Shown here: positions 27,300-40,690 of the stretch, piece by piece
Numbering within the stretch: position 1 is the stretch's first letter
Layout: each line of letters begins with the position of its first letter
Assembly (NCBI RefSeq): GCF_006345805.1
Contig: NC_043011.1
Span: 54,200,464-54,264,463, forward strand
Reading direction: 5' to 3'
DNA length: 64,000 bases
Source of the DNA: Octopus sinensis
Lineage: Eukaryota
The notes under the pieces: generated by a model
Told to the model about the DNA's origin: nothing
The model's input: only the letters and a program-made list of their open reading frames with translations
Databases searched by the model: none
Translations under genes and position numbers: made by a program

Positions 27300-27644
27300 T
27301 GAGAGAGAGAGAGAGGGAGAGAGAGAAGAAGAGAGAGAAAATGAACGAAGAAGAATGAGAGTGTTTGAAAGAGAGAGAGAGAGAAGAAGAGGGAGAAAAT
27401 GAACGGCGAAGAGAGAGAGAGAGAGAGAGAGAGCGAGTTAGAGAGAGAGAGAGGAAGAGAGAGAATATGAACGAAGAAGAATGAGAGTAGTTGAAAGAGA
27501 GAGAGAGAGAAGAAGAGGGAGAAAATGAACGGCGAAGAGAGAGAGAGAGAGTTAGAGAGAGAGAGAGGAAGAGAGAGAATATGAACGAAGAAGAATGAGA
27601 GTAGTTGAAAGAGAGAGAGAGAAGAAGAGGGAGAAAATGAACGG

Positions 27645-27680
<36 letters not shown>

Positions 27681-28090
27681 AAATGAATTTGGAAGGATGA
27701 GTGTGAGTGAGAGAGAGCGAAAGACAGAGGAAGAAAATAAGTGTGTATGTAAGAGATTGAATGAGAAAGAAAGAGAAAGAGAAATGGATGAAGAAGAAGG
27801 AGACTGGACAAGAGAGAAAGATATATATATAGAGAGAGAAAGCCAGAGAGAGAGAGAGAGAGAGAGAGAGGAGGGAAAGAGAGAGAGAGGGAGGGAAAGA
27901 GAGAGAAAGAGAATGAGAAATGGATGTTGAAGGAGACTAGAAGAGAGAGAGAGAGAGAGATACAGAGAGAAAGCGAGAGAGATAGAGAGGGGGAGGGAAA
28001 GAGAGAGAGAGAAAGAGGGGGAGGGAAAGAGAGAGAGAAAGAGGGGGAGAGAGAGACGGAAAGAGAGGGAGAGAGAGAGAGAGAAAAAGA
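27300..28090. repeat. GA-rich tract with an about 112-126 bp unit repeated three times
   Basis: aatgaacggcgaag recurs near 27398, 27524 and 27637. Confidence 0.85.
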
Positions 28091-28584
28091 GAATGAGCAA
28101 ACGACGGTGAGAAAATGGTGTGAGAAGAAATTATGGAAAAAAGAAAGGAAGGATAACATGTGGCGCATGCGTGAAGGAGATTATAGAAGGTCAGATGGTG
28201 TGTGTGTGTGTGCGTGTGTTGTGTGTATGTGTGGGGAGTAGAGGTGGGGGTAGGGGGAGAGAGAGAGAGAGAGAGAGTTTAATTCTGTGTTAAATATCAA
28301 CAACAACAGAACACAAGAAGTCAACAACAGAGACAAAGCTTCTCTTCCTGATTCATTCCGCCATTTTCCTCTTCTTCCTCCTCCTCCTCCTCCTCTATAC
28401 CCCACTGTCTCTTGTATCAACAAGAACAACAACAACAACGAGAATGACGATCGTGATGATGATGAAAATGATGATGATGAGGAGGAGGAGGAGGAAGACA
28501 AACAGAAAATGAAGAATCGTGAATTTTATATAAAAGTTGCAAATATTTGTGTATAAATAAGACAGTCGTAAAAAATGATTCTTT

Positions 28585-28820
28585 CGCTATAGGTAGGTAG
28601 AAGAAGGGCCTGAAATTTAGGGTGGGTGGGAGCGTGTAAGTCGATTATATCAACCCCAGGGCTCGACTGGCACTTATTTTATTTTATTTTATTTTTTTTT
28701 ATCTAACCCGAAAGGATGAAAAGCAAAAGCTGACCTCGGCGGAATTCGAACTTAGTGCGTAAAGAGGAACGAAATGCTGCTAGGCATTTTGTCCGGCGCG
28801 CTAACGACTCTGCCAGCTCT
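28585..28820 (-). mobile_element. SINE family A, ordinary tail
   Basis: cccgaaaggatgaaa...gacctcggcggaattcgaact...ctgccagct. Confidence 0.85.
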
Positions 28821-29189
28821 TCGCATCGTATATCATCATCATCGTCGACGTCATCATAATAGTAATGGTGGTGGTGGTGGTGATGATGGTGATGATGATG
28901 GTGATGATGATGGTGGTGATGATGATGATGATGGTGGTGGTGGTGGAGATGATGGTGGTGGTGATGATGATGGTGGTGGTGATGATGATGATGGTGGTGG
29001 TGATGATGATGATGATGATGGTGATGGTGACGACGACGACGACGACGACGACGGCGGCGACTACGACGACGACGACGACGATGACGATGATGATGAGGAG
29101 GAGGATAACGGTTATGATGGAAACAAAATCAGAAATATTTAAAACCCCGGAAAGAGTGATCGGCAGCAGAAACCTCTCCCGGAGTCGAC

Positions 29190-29500
29190 AGCCACTCAGC
29201 ATCCAGAAAGCTGACGTTTGCCAATCACAAACTCATCACTGGCTGCAGATTTTCAGTGTTGAAGGCAAATATATATATATTCATTCTTGATGCCCAGAAC
29301 CAGAAACTATACACGAAAAAAAAAAAAAAAAAAATTCCAAGCTAACGTCCTCAAAACGGGAGCAAACTCCAAGTTCAAAATTTATGATGCTAACGAGGAA
29401 ACAATTGACCATAGAATATCTGGATGCCTAATCCTGACTCCAGTTGAATATAAAAATAGAAACGACAGAGTTACCAATATATTTACTGGAACAGTTCTAT
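29190..29500 (+). mobile_element. R4/Dong-type LINE fragment (zinc knuckle region)
   Basis: THHWLQ...FQANVLKTGANSK(C)KI...EETIDHRISGCLILTPVEYKNR(H)DRV. Confidence 0.75.
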
Positions 29501-29517
29501 AGTTAAGAGATGAGGAA

Positions 29518-29793
29518 TTATTTACATTTGATGGATAGTTGTCCTCATCTTGTTTGTTGTTAACACAACGTTTCGGCTGATATACCTTCCAGCCTTCAGG
29601 TGTCTTGGGGAAATTTCGAACCTGGGTTTTTTTCATTCCTAAGGTATTTTTCGATATTATTATTATAATATTATTATTATTATTATTATTATTATCATTG
29701 CTGTTGTTGTTCAGGTCACTGCTTGGAATCGAACTCGGAATCTTGAGGTTAGTAGCCCCCGCTCTTAACCATTACGCCATATACCTGTGGGCA
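29518..29793 (-). mobile_element. tRNA-headed element with hammerhead-like 3' body
   Basis: A box TGGCGTAATGG (29779-29769), B box GAGTTCGATTCC (29736-29725), (AAT)n linker, then gacac-ctgaa-ggctg...cagcc-gaaac-gtt-gtgt (29604-29563). Confidence 0.75.
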
Positions 29794-29958
29794 TAATAAT
29801 AATAATAACAACATCGAAAAATACCTTAGGAATGAGAACCCAAGTTCGAAATTTCCCCAAGACACCTAAAGAAATCTGGAGGATATATCAACCGAAATGT
29901 GTTAACAACAAACAAGATGAGGACAAATATCCGTCGAATGTAAATAATGTAAATAATG
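29794..29958 (+). mobile_element. Inverted headless copy of the same element body
   Basis: atcgaaaaataccttaggaatga...ccccaagacacc...gatgaggacaa is the reverse complement of 29518-29656. Confidence 0.85.
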
Positions 29959-30239
29959 CACATTTACTGGAATTTGTGCGAAACCCTCGGTACTATTTGG
30001 GAGACCGCTCACTCTCCAGAGTTCATCCGTACATGGAAAGGTTTTGTTTTGCATCCTGAAGGATGAACAGATAGCAAGAAAAAAACTACCACCGGAAAAT
30101 AAGAGATTATTAAAAAATGCCAGATTGGAAGGCACTCGGACTTGATGTTCGGGAAAAATCCCCCCCAGTATACGTGGCCGTATATGGCCGTTTCTTTCTG
30201 ACTGCATAGAAAATGGAACGCCATCATGAATTACAAAAA

Positions 30240-31215
30240 GAAAAACGATGCTGATGCAGAGGGAAAAAGAAAAGAGTGGGGTTGGAATCAATAATTATAG
30301 ACCTATTACATGTTTACCATTACTCTGGAAATCATTTACTGGTCTCATGTCAGATAAAGTATATAACTTTCTGGAGAAGTAGAATTTATCACCAAAAGAG
30401 CAAATCGGATGCAAAAAGAAGTCAAGTGGAACTGCTGGATCTGCTGTAAATTGATAGTAAGATATTAAGTGAGGTACGAGTAAGAAAGAAGAATTTAGCT
30501 GTTGGATGGATAGACTACAAGAAAGCTTACGATAATGTTCCGCACCACTGGATCTTGGAGTGCCTGGAGACGCTCGACGTCCATGAGAAACTAAACAGCT
30601 TTTTGGAAAAAGCAATAAGAGCCTGGACAGTAGAACTATCATGCGCTGAAGTATTGTTAGATGTAAAAATACGCTGAGGGATATTCCAGGGAGACACATT
30701 CTCTCCATTACTCTATGTTGCTGCGTTAATTCTTCTGATAGGTATGTTGAGAAAATACAGGCTGGTGTATGTTTACCAAAACCAAGTCGATAATAAATCA
30801 CTTGCTTTGAATGGATGACCTCAAACTAAATACAAGAAGGTTTAAAAGACCTTCTGTATATAGTATATAGCCCATGAAGACTGACCACGCAATTAAGGCC
30901 AGAAGACCAAACAGGATAATAGAGGACAAAAAAGAAAACAAACGGTGTAAGATCATAGACTTTGCAATACCATATGATGACAAAGTAGGTACCAAAGAAA
31001 TTGAAAAAAAAACCTGCGTAATATCAGGACCTAGCGAGAGAAGAAAAGAGATTGTGGAAGATTAAGACAACAGCTATTCCAGTGGTAACTGGCACAACTT
31101 GGCTTAATACCAAAACTGCAAATTAAGAGATTGAAAGATACTGGAATTGAGACATGCATTATTAACCTATAGAAAACCGCAATCTTGTATTCAACATAAA
31201 TCCTAAGAAATGGCA
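30240..31215 (+). mobile_element. R4/Dong-type LINE, internally deleted (RT joined to restriction-like endonuclease)
   Basis: YRPITCLPLLWK...WIDYKKAYDNVPH.WI...GIFQGDTFSPL...NHLL*MDDLKL, then RRPNRII.DK...IIDFAIPYD...KEIEK...IPVV.G. Confidence 0.9.
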
Positions 31216-31224
31216 GGCGTGATT

Positions 31225-31384
31225 GTACGAGGCGTGTGGTAAGAAGCTTGCTTCCCAACCACATGGTTCCGGGTTCAGTCTCACTGCGTGACACCTTGAG
31301 CATGTGTTTAATGCATTTTCTACTATAGCCACGCGCCAATCAAAACCATATGAGTGGATTTGGTAGATGGAAACTGAAAGAAGC

Positions 31385-31426
<42 letters not shown>

Positions 31427-31468
31427 CAGGCTTCTTTCAGTTTCCATCTACCAAATCCACTCACATGG
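31225..31468. repeat. SINE family B head followed by a fold-back copy; near-perfect palindrome 31346-31468 centred on (TA)n
   Basis: 31346-31388 versus the reverse complement of 31426-31468: 42 of 43 identical. Confidence 0.9.
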
Positions 31469-31490
31469 CTATATATATATATATATATAT

Positions 31491-31653
31491 AGGCACAGGA
31501 GTGGCTTGCTTACCAACCATATGGTTCCGGTTCAGTCCCACTGCGTGGCACCTTGGGCAAGTGTATTCTACTATAGCCTCAGGCCGACCAAAGCCTTGTG
31601 AGCGGATTTGGTAGACTGAAACTGAAAGAAACCCGTTATATATATATATGTTG

Positions 31654-31712
<59 letters not shown>

Positions 31713-32084
31713 CGTTTGTGTGTTTGTATTTGTCCCCTCACCATCGCTTGACAACCGATGTCGGTGTGTTTATGTCCCCGTAACTTAGCGGTTCGGCAGA
31801 AGAGAACGATAGAATAAGTACTAGGCTTACAAAGAATAAATCCTGGGGGCGATTTGCTCGACTGATACACATTAAAGAATATATGTATGTATCCATGCTT
31901 ATCAGATGTATGTGCGCGCACACACACACACACACACCACACACACATATATATAGCCTGCTCGCTCAGCCAGCGGGGTGGCGTCATTTGAAGGCTAAAA
32001 CAATGCAAAGCACATTGTGACCAGCGATGTGTAGCAACATCTGATAGTCCGGTCGTCACGGTGATATATATATATATACATTAA

Positions 32085-32126
<42 letters not shown>

Positions 32127-32280
32127 TATATATAGGCACAGGAGTGGCTTGCTTACCAACCATATGGTTCCGGGTTCAGTCCCACTGCGTGGCACCTTGG
32201 GCAAGTGTATTCTACTATAGCCTCAGGCCGACCAAAGCCTTGTGAGCGGATTTGGTAGACTGAAACTGAAAGAAACCCGT

Positions 32281-32346
<66 letters not shown>

Positions 32347-32718
32347 CGTTTGTGTGTTTGTATTTGTCCCCTCACCATCGCTTGACAACCGATGTCGGTG
32401 TGTTTATGTCCCCGTAACTTAGCGGTTCGGCAGAAGAGAACGATAGAATAAGTACTAGGCTTACAAAGAATAAATCCTGGGGGCGATTTGCTCGACTGAT
32501 ACACATTAAAGAATATATGTATGTATCCATGCTTATCAGATGTATGTGCGCGCACACACACACACACACACCACACACACATATATATAGCCTGCTCGCT
32601 CAGCCAGCGGGGTGGCGTCATTTGAAGGCTAAAACAATGCAAAGCACATTGTGACCAGCGATGTGTAGCAACATCTGATAGTCCGGTCGTCACGGTGATA
32701 TATATATATATACATTAA

Positions 32719-32760
<42 letters not shown>

Positions 32761-32914
32761 TATATATAGGCACAGGAGTGGCTTGCTTACCAACCATATG
32801 GTTCCGGGTTCAGTCCCACTGCGTGGCACCTTGGGCAAGTGTATTCTACTATAGCCTCAGGCCGACCAAAGCCTTGTGAGCGGATTTGGTAGACTGAAAC
32901 TGAAAGAAACCCGT

Positions 32915-32994
<80 letters not shown>

Positions 32995-33194
32995 CGTTTG
33001 TGTGTTTGTATTTGTCCCCTCACCATCGCTTGACAACCGATGTCGGTGTGTTTATGTCCCCGTAACTTAGCGGTTCGGCAGAAGAGAACGATAGAATAAG
33101 TACTAGGCTTACAAAGAATAAATCCTGGGGGCGATTTGCTCGACTGATACACATTAAAGAATATATGTATGTATCCATGCTTATCAGATGTATG

Positions 33195-33237
<43 letters not shown>

Positions 33238-33390
33238 CCTGCTCGCTCAGCCAGCGGGGTGGCGTCATTTGAATGCTAAAACAATGCAAAGCACATTGTG
33301 ACCAGCGATGTGTAGCAACATCTGATAGTCCGGTCGGTCACGGTGATATATATATATATACATTAAATATGTATATATATATATATATTA
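31491..33390 (+). repeat. Tandem triplication, unit about 634-643 bp (truncated SINE B + spacer + SINE/LINE tail fragment)
   Basis: aggcacaggagtggcttgctt starts at 31491, 32134 and 32768; copies near-identical apart from microsatellite lengths. Confidence 0.95.
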
Positions 33391-35975
33391 TGATATGTAG
33401 AAAAATACAAACTGAGACAATAACGCATAAAAACTTAGAAGACGATACAACAAACACAGACAGGACATTCGAAGCCCTCAGTCTTCAGTCAAGAACCGGA
33501 TCATCGTAGTAATTTCGATATATATATATATATAGACAGAGAGAGAGAAAGAGAGAGAGAGAGAGTGAGAGAGAGAGAGAGAGCGAGAGAGAGAGTTACA
33601 CATACACACATCCATGCACAGGACGTCGAGCAAACTTCAACAAAGGAGATCTCCATGCGTGTGTGTGTATGCGTATGTGTGTGTGTGTGTGGTTGCGTGA
33701 GATTAAAGGAAATGAACAGCTTATAACGCATCCTCCGCCTCTTCTGACTCCTATTCATTCTCTCCACATTCACATACATATCCTTACTTTTCTCTCATCA
33801 TCGTAATCCTCCTCTTCCACCACCACCACCTCCTCCTCCTCCTCATCATCATCATACTAATCATCATCATCATCATCCTAATCATCATCGTTGCCTTCTT
33901 CGTCTTTTTGCTTTTCTTCTTCATCGTCATCATCGTCGTGGTCGCCGTCATCATCGTCCTCGTTCCCTCTTCTTCCTCCTCCTCCTCCTCCTCCTTCCTC
34001 TGTTTCTCCTTCCTCCTTCCCCTGCTTCTCCTTCTTCCTGCTCCTCCTCATTACCCTCATTCCCTTTTCCTCTAATTTTTCCTCCTCCTCCTCCTATTTC
34101 TCCTTCCTCCTCCTCCCATGCACTCACTTTACCAACTCTAACCATTCGGCTCTCCCCCCTTTTTTTAAATAAAAATTAAACAACAACAACGTTAGCTATA
34201 AACAAACAAAACCCAAATCAAGGGGATGATGAAACCATAGCAACGGCAAATCAAAGATGGCGTCTGGAGGCCATATTTAACAAATGGTGCCAGGTGTCAT
34301 GGTAACCATTGAGGTGGTCAGGTTAAATGGTTGAAGGCCAGCTGGCTGCGATTTCGGTAATCCGACAACGGGGCTGTTGTCAATGACAACGGAGTGGGCG
34401 GGGGACAAGGGTGGAGTTACTTTTAGTGGAGGGTAACATATGTACATCACATCGCAATCCCCATCATCCGCATCATCACCATTACTATCACCATTATCAT
34501 CACCTTCATCAGTATCATTACCATCACCACCGTCACCACCACCACCACCACCACCATCATCATCACCACTATCACCGCCACCACGAACGTCACCATTACC
34601 ACTATCATTCTCCCACCACCACAGCTTCAGGCGTCGCCACCACCACCACCAACATTATTACCACCACCACGACCACCACGACGACCACCATCATCGAAAC
34701 ATCATCATCATTATAAAGAGAAATATTTTGGAATCTGATTAGAGATTGTCATTCGAAGTGCTAGAAATAGCAAACAAATCCACTTTAAATCGGACCCCAC
34801 CATTTTAATACAGGAAGGCTAACTGATGAGATACATCTTGGATATGTCATGTGGAAAAAAATAAAGGTGCGATGGTTACAGAAGGAATACATTTGCGTGC
34901 AGATCTGCCTGAGCAGGATTGGGCTGATGTTCAAAGATGACACTACCAGAAAGCTAACACCACCATTAAACTCCCCTTCATCATCTTCTTTCTCCTCCTC
35001 CCCTCTTTCTCTTCCCTTCTTCCACCTCCTCCTCCTCTTCTTCCTCCTCCTCTTTCTTTTTATCCTCTTCCTCTTCCTCCTTCTCATCTTTCTCCTTCTC
35101 ATCTTTCTCCTCCTCCTTCTCCTCATCTTCCTCCTCCTCCTCTTCCTCATCTTTCTCCTCCTCCTTCTCCTCATCTTCCTCCTCCTCCTCTTCCTCATCT
35201 TTCTCCTCCTCCTCTTCCTCCTCTTCCATTACATTCTTCCTCCTCACCTTCTAGGTTTACTTTGGCCGTCCATCCTCTCGGGGTCGATAAGTGAAGTACC
35301 AGTCAAGCACTGGAGTCGACATTACCGACTAAACCCTTCCCGCAAATTTCCAATATTGTTTGGGTCGTGTTATTGTATCGACAGTGGTGGTGGTGGTGGT
35401 GTGTGTGTTATAGTATTTATGAAAAGCTTCCTTTGTCGGAGCCATGATAAGAATAATTTCTCCTCATCATTATCTGATAATGATGATGTTGTTGTTGCTG
35501 CTGCTGCTGATGATGATGATGATGAGGAGGAGGAAGATAAGCCTATTTGCATATTGATTTATTCAATCTACATTAATCCATGATATTGATAGTAGGTTTA
35601 TAAATCTATAAGCTGTGTGTCTGCGGATAGTTAAGGAAGGTACTCAGTTGCTGATGACGATTTCAATAAGAAGCTAAGCGTGTGTTCTTTTCCCATTTTC
35701 TTTTTACGGACATATTGCTTGTGTGAATTGTTTGCCATCATCATAACACACAAAGTGTAACCAAAATGACCTATAGTCATGTTCTGTAGTTCATCGCAGC
35801 AAAGCAACGAAACACTGTGAACACACCTGTTACATAATTCTTGTTATAAGACTGGAAGTGCCAGCATATTCCTTTTCGTTTCCATCTGACGATGAGGGTG
35901 ATTGCTTCCGTCACAACTGACGACATAGGAAGCCTTACAGGAGTACCCCATCAAAGGAGCACGAACATCACACAC

Positions 35976-36046
<71 letters not shown>

Positions 36047-37160
36047 TACATATACATATACATATATACACACAAGCATATACAGACAGATACACAAACT
36101 GACACACACACACACACACAGGTCTACACAAACACTCTCACAAACATTCACGAAGACACGTGCACACACACACACACACATGCATACAGGCACACATAAG
36201 CACGTTCTGACATTGTGAAATGTCTGAGCCCCCTGAAAGGAGGAAGAGGATAAGCATGGATTAACTTGATTGGATGTAAAAGGAAGAGGAGGACAGGCAT
36301 GACAAATCTCCCATATTTAGGACCTCAAAATTTGTCGACACAAAGGTCATTTGAAAGAGGGGAGACAGTAAAGATCCTACCAAACTCTGCCCACACCACC
36401 ATCACCCACCACCACCACCACCAGGAGCACAAAATACAATTAATCCTGCAACCACAACAACAAGATCAACAACAATTAACAATAAAAGCCACAAATTTAA
36501 CAGCAACAATAACAACAACAACAACAGGAATGTAATGAAACTCCTTTCCAACGATATTCTGCTAAAGGGCAACGGCAAGATGGCTGTGTACATAAAAGGG
36601 GTACTCGCAAAATACATTCGAATCGTGAGGGGTGAGTGACTAAAATAATGGATAAACCTCTGGTGAGGACCACGTTAGTGCTCTTTAGAGAATAGTAAAA
36701 AGGAAATAGACTGGGAATGTGAGACCTTTCTGGAGTAGGACAATGTATGCAATACTGCCACGAAAACCAGATTGCTCGGTTGTCTCAGATGGAACGTAGA
36801 TAACCTTTATACTTGTCCACTGTTCTACGTCCTTAATGGTACGCTAAAAGTAACTTGTGTTGATGCACGAGACTTGAGGAATGTCTTAGAGGCGAGGTCA
36901 CTGAATGTTAGCTGTCCGCATGATCAGGGTTTCCTAGATACACTCACTCGTTTTTCTCCTGGAAGACAACGAAATCTAACACCTGTCTCAGTCTTTGTTG
37001 GTTGGGCTCAAGTGGAACGGCTATGCCGCTTCAGAAAGATCTTGGACTTGAATTAAGGAAAGATTCGAATCTTAAGTCAGTAGGTCCGGCCATCAGTAGT
37101 AATGCTGGGCAAGAAAGGAATGAACAGACTAGTGTTCATTTATGCCCAACTTGAGTCGAG

Positions 37161-37367
37161 GAAAAAAAAAGGATGTAGCCGTTAGACAAGGAAAAAATGT
37201 AAGGAAACCAAAATTTTTAATCATATAAATCATCTATTTTTAACTTAATATATTTTTGTGTAAAAAAAAAAAACGAACTGAAAAAACTCGCTGAGTATTT
37301 CTTTATTAATGTTTTGTATTGTCTTGTAATGTCCTTCTATATTAGATCTTATGATCATAGTAAAGAA
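37161..37367 (+). mobile_element. Short 5'-truncated retro-insertion with 13 bp TSD and Tx1-like tail
   Basis: aacttgagtcgag at 37148-37160 and 37368-37380; insert ends tgtccttct...tagtaaagaa. Confidence 0.65.
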
Positions 37368-38250
37368 AACTTGAGTCGAGCAGCATGAGATCTCTAATAA
37401 TCTAAAAGTATTTTTAAGAACGTCTCGCTAATTAGAAGTATTAGCCGATTGGAATAGTATATTAGACGCATGCTGAGTGTTAGGTAGTAGCCAATAAAAA
37501 TAATGGCCTGGCAATTCGAACTTGTATATGGAGGGAGATTTTGTTTTACCCGATGCTGATGATACCCACAATCCGTTGCGAGTGACCACACAAACCGTAA
37601 GTTTGTGGTCTGCCTGGGCAACTGAGATTAGACACACGGATAACAACCCGGAAGGCAGAATTTATTTGATCCACACTTGCATCTACGTGTTGGATACTCA
37701 AAGTTTAATTTACAATATCAATGAAGGCTGCTACATGAAGTTACCAACAGCTTTGAGGTGGCAAAGTAAAAATAACAACAGAAGTAGAATGTTGATTTGA
37801 TGAGAGAATGCATGGCATATTTTGTGTCTGTGTGTGCGTTGGACATTTGGTTGAGTTGTGTTGTTTTTCTGTCCTATCTTTTTGTGTCCTGCTACTGTGT
37901 TATGTCATTAGCTATCATAATTCGCGTGTCGTTTCTTGTGTGAAACTTTTCATCGACTGGATTAGTGACTTAGATGGGCAGGAGTTAACTGAGCGGTAGT
38001 CAATAACCAGTGGCGAGCTTCTTTAAAGGTGGCCATTAGAATAGAACAGATAGGGTTGAGGAATTCGTAACGATGGAAAATAACAGACTGACGTGGGGAG
38101 AAGGTAATGGTTTTTTTTTCTCCGATTATAAGACATAAGAAGGAAATACATGTTGGACTTGAACCATGACAACTGGACGTAAATGAAGGATGATTGAGTT
38201 ATCGAATTTGGAGAGTGTAAATCACTTTCAAAAGTCTTTGGTCTCATAGT

Positions 38251-38615
38251 GTTTGCTTTAAAATACCAATGCAGGTGACCTTCACAATTTCAAAGATGAC
38301 AGCTGGGTCTGTCCTTTCACGATAAAAAACTGTTCTAATTAGTTATTCATTGTAGGTCACTGAACAAGGACTTCCAGAACAAAAGGGGACTGCTTTTACC
38401 AGTTTGGAATAAAAGCTGCAGAGCTGCAGGTATGGCAGCATCGCCAGCCAGGGTGTGTTTGGATCGTAAATAAATCATCAAAACTGTTCTGGAAGTCCTC
38501 GTTCAGTGACCTACAATGAATGACTAATTAGAACAGTTTTTATCGTTGAAGGACAGACCCAGCTGTCACCTTTGAAGTTGTGAAGGTCACTCTGCATTGG
38601 TATTTTAAAGCAAAC
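38251..38615. repeat. Inverted repeat, arms about 131 bp, 103 bp spacer
   Basis: gtttgctttaaaataccaatgcag...ggacttccagaaca (38251-38381) versus tgttctggaagtcc...ctgcattggtattttaaagcaaac (38485-38615). Confidence 0.92.
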
Positions 38616-39071
38616 GGTTTCCCTCTGTTCGACTACTAACAGTATCAGAAGTAGTATGGTGGATGAGACTGAAAGAAAAAGGCACACATTTCATGACCTA
38701 TTCAACCCCTTCCTGAACCGCTTGCAGAAGGAAGTGTTGTCATCTAGCGACCATATTGAAAGGTGACCTAGAGAAGTGGTTATGAGCTGGATTTATTCCC
38801 AGCATGCAACTGGAGACACGAGGCCACAGCTGGAAGCGAACACTTGCTCTTGTTAGTCAGATTATTTCTGGATTTGTTAGATTTCTTCGATTGGCTACTC
38901 AGGGTGGCCAATCAAAAAAACTTAATAGATCCAAGGTGTGGAAAATTTTGAAACTGTTTATTTTATGTTTTTATTCAATTTCTGTTTTTATTCTTCTTCT
39001 GAAACACGCTACCCTCAAATCCCCAATGTATTTCATCCTCGTAACATCTTTTCACCCGTCTCCTTTGTGGT

Positions 39072-39156
<85 letters not shown>

Positions 39157-39335
39157 GCAATAATAATAATAATGACGAGGCATCATCATCGTCGTCAACA
39201 TTATTACGTCTAATTATTATTATTATTATCATTATTATCATCATCGTCATTATTATTATTATTATCATCATTATTATCATCGTCATTATTATTATCATTG
39301 TTATTATTATTTTATTGTTATTATTATTATTATCT
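39072..39335. repeat. (AAT)n switching to (ATT/ATC)n
   Basis: Direct reading. Confidence 0.9.
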
Positions 39336-39667
39336 TATTCGAAACAAATTAAAGCGCAAAGTGTGTCCTCACTCCGAACTGTTAACGGTTTTGACAATTG
39401 ACTTTCTATGAAACCAGCGTGACACAGCCATGTGGCAGCGCAGGCGCAGCCACGTGTTCCGTTAGGCCAGTCTAGACGCAATAGGAGAACTTGACGCGTG
39501 ACATCATTTCCCATGGAACCAATGAAAAGCTACGCTTCGATGACCAACACCTCATTGCTCTTGTTACACAGGAACGCAAACAAGGCGACAGCGCATGTGT
39601 GTAGTTGAACTGCACTGAACATCTAGCAACACGTACACACACACACATACACACACACCGCACACAC

Positions 39668-39705
<38 letters not shown>

Positions 39706-40637
39706 GCATATATATATATATGTATTTGTATATATATATATATATATATATACACATACATATATGCATGTATCTATGTATGTATGTATGTATATATATA
39801 TACACCTATGTGGGTAGAGGTGTGTGTACACACATATACAGGTAAAGATATATGCGGGTGACATTGTCCATTTCTCTGGATGTATGCTTGTGTCTGTGCG
39901 TATCTGTGTGTATATATGCACATATATACACACACACACACATGCATATATATCTGTGTGTGTGTGTGTGAGCGTGTGTGCGCGCATATATATACGTATA
40001 TATGTGTGTGTATATATACATATATATATAAATATATATACACACATATATACATATATATATACGCATGTATATATAAATGAGTCAGTGTTTATGTCTA
40101 TGTGATGATATTTGTGTGTGTGCGTGTGTGTGTGTATGCCGATGGTACATATGACTGCATATAGTTGTGTGTACATGTGTATTACTGGCTTTCGTACGGG
40201 TGTGGTGATATATTAGAGAGAAAGAGAGAGAAAGAAAGAAAGAGAGAGAGGGAGAGAGAGAGAGAAAGAGAGAAAGAGAGAGTGAGCGTGGAGAGTGCGA
40301 AGGAGTGACTATGTACGTATGTGTGTGTGTGTGATTTTTTTCCTGTTCTGTAAGGAATTCTGTATACATGTGTGCGTATGCGTGCGTGTACTTGAATGTG
40401 TGTGTGGTGTGTGTGTGTATGAAAGACGAGATGTACATTTGGATGACGACAGCGTTTAGCAGGCTTTGGAGTATTTTCATGAACCACTGATCACAGGCTA
40501 CAACAACAGCAACAACAACAACAACAACAACTAGGACACCGACACCAACAACGACAACGCCATCACCACCACCATTACCACAACCACGACAACCAGATTT
40601 CCCGCAGCCGCCGCCAATTCCCACCACCACCACCACC

Positions 40638-40690
<53 letters not shown>

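Noticed and set aside
26993-28168. 391 aa ORF, longest in the window
   Set aside because: Translation of a GA/TC tract (SLSLS); no coding signature
34849-35583. 244 aa Leu/Phe-rich ORF resembling a membrane protein
   Set aside because: CTC/TTC repeat plus a SINE fragment
36540-37130. Complex unique sequence with a 94 aa ORF as a possible exon
   Set aside because: No recognisable motif or splice context; more likely a very old TE that I cannot classify
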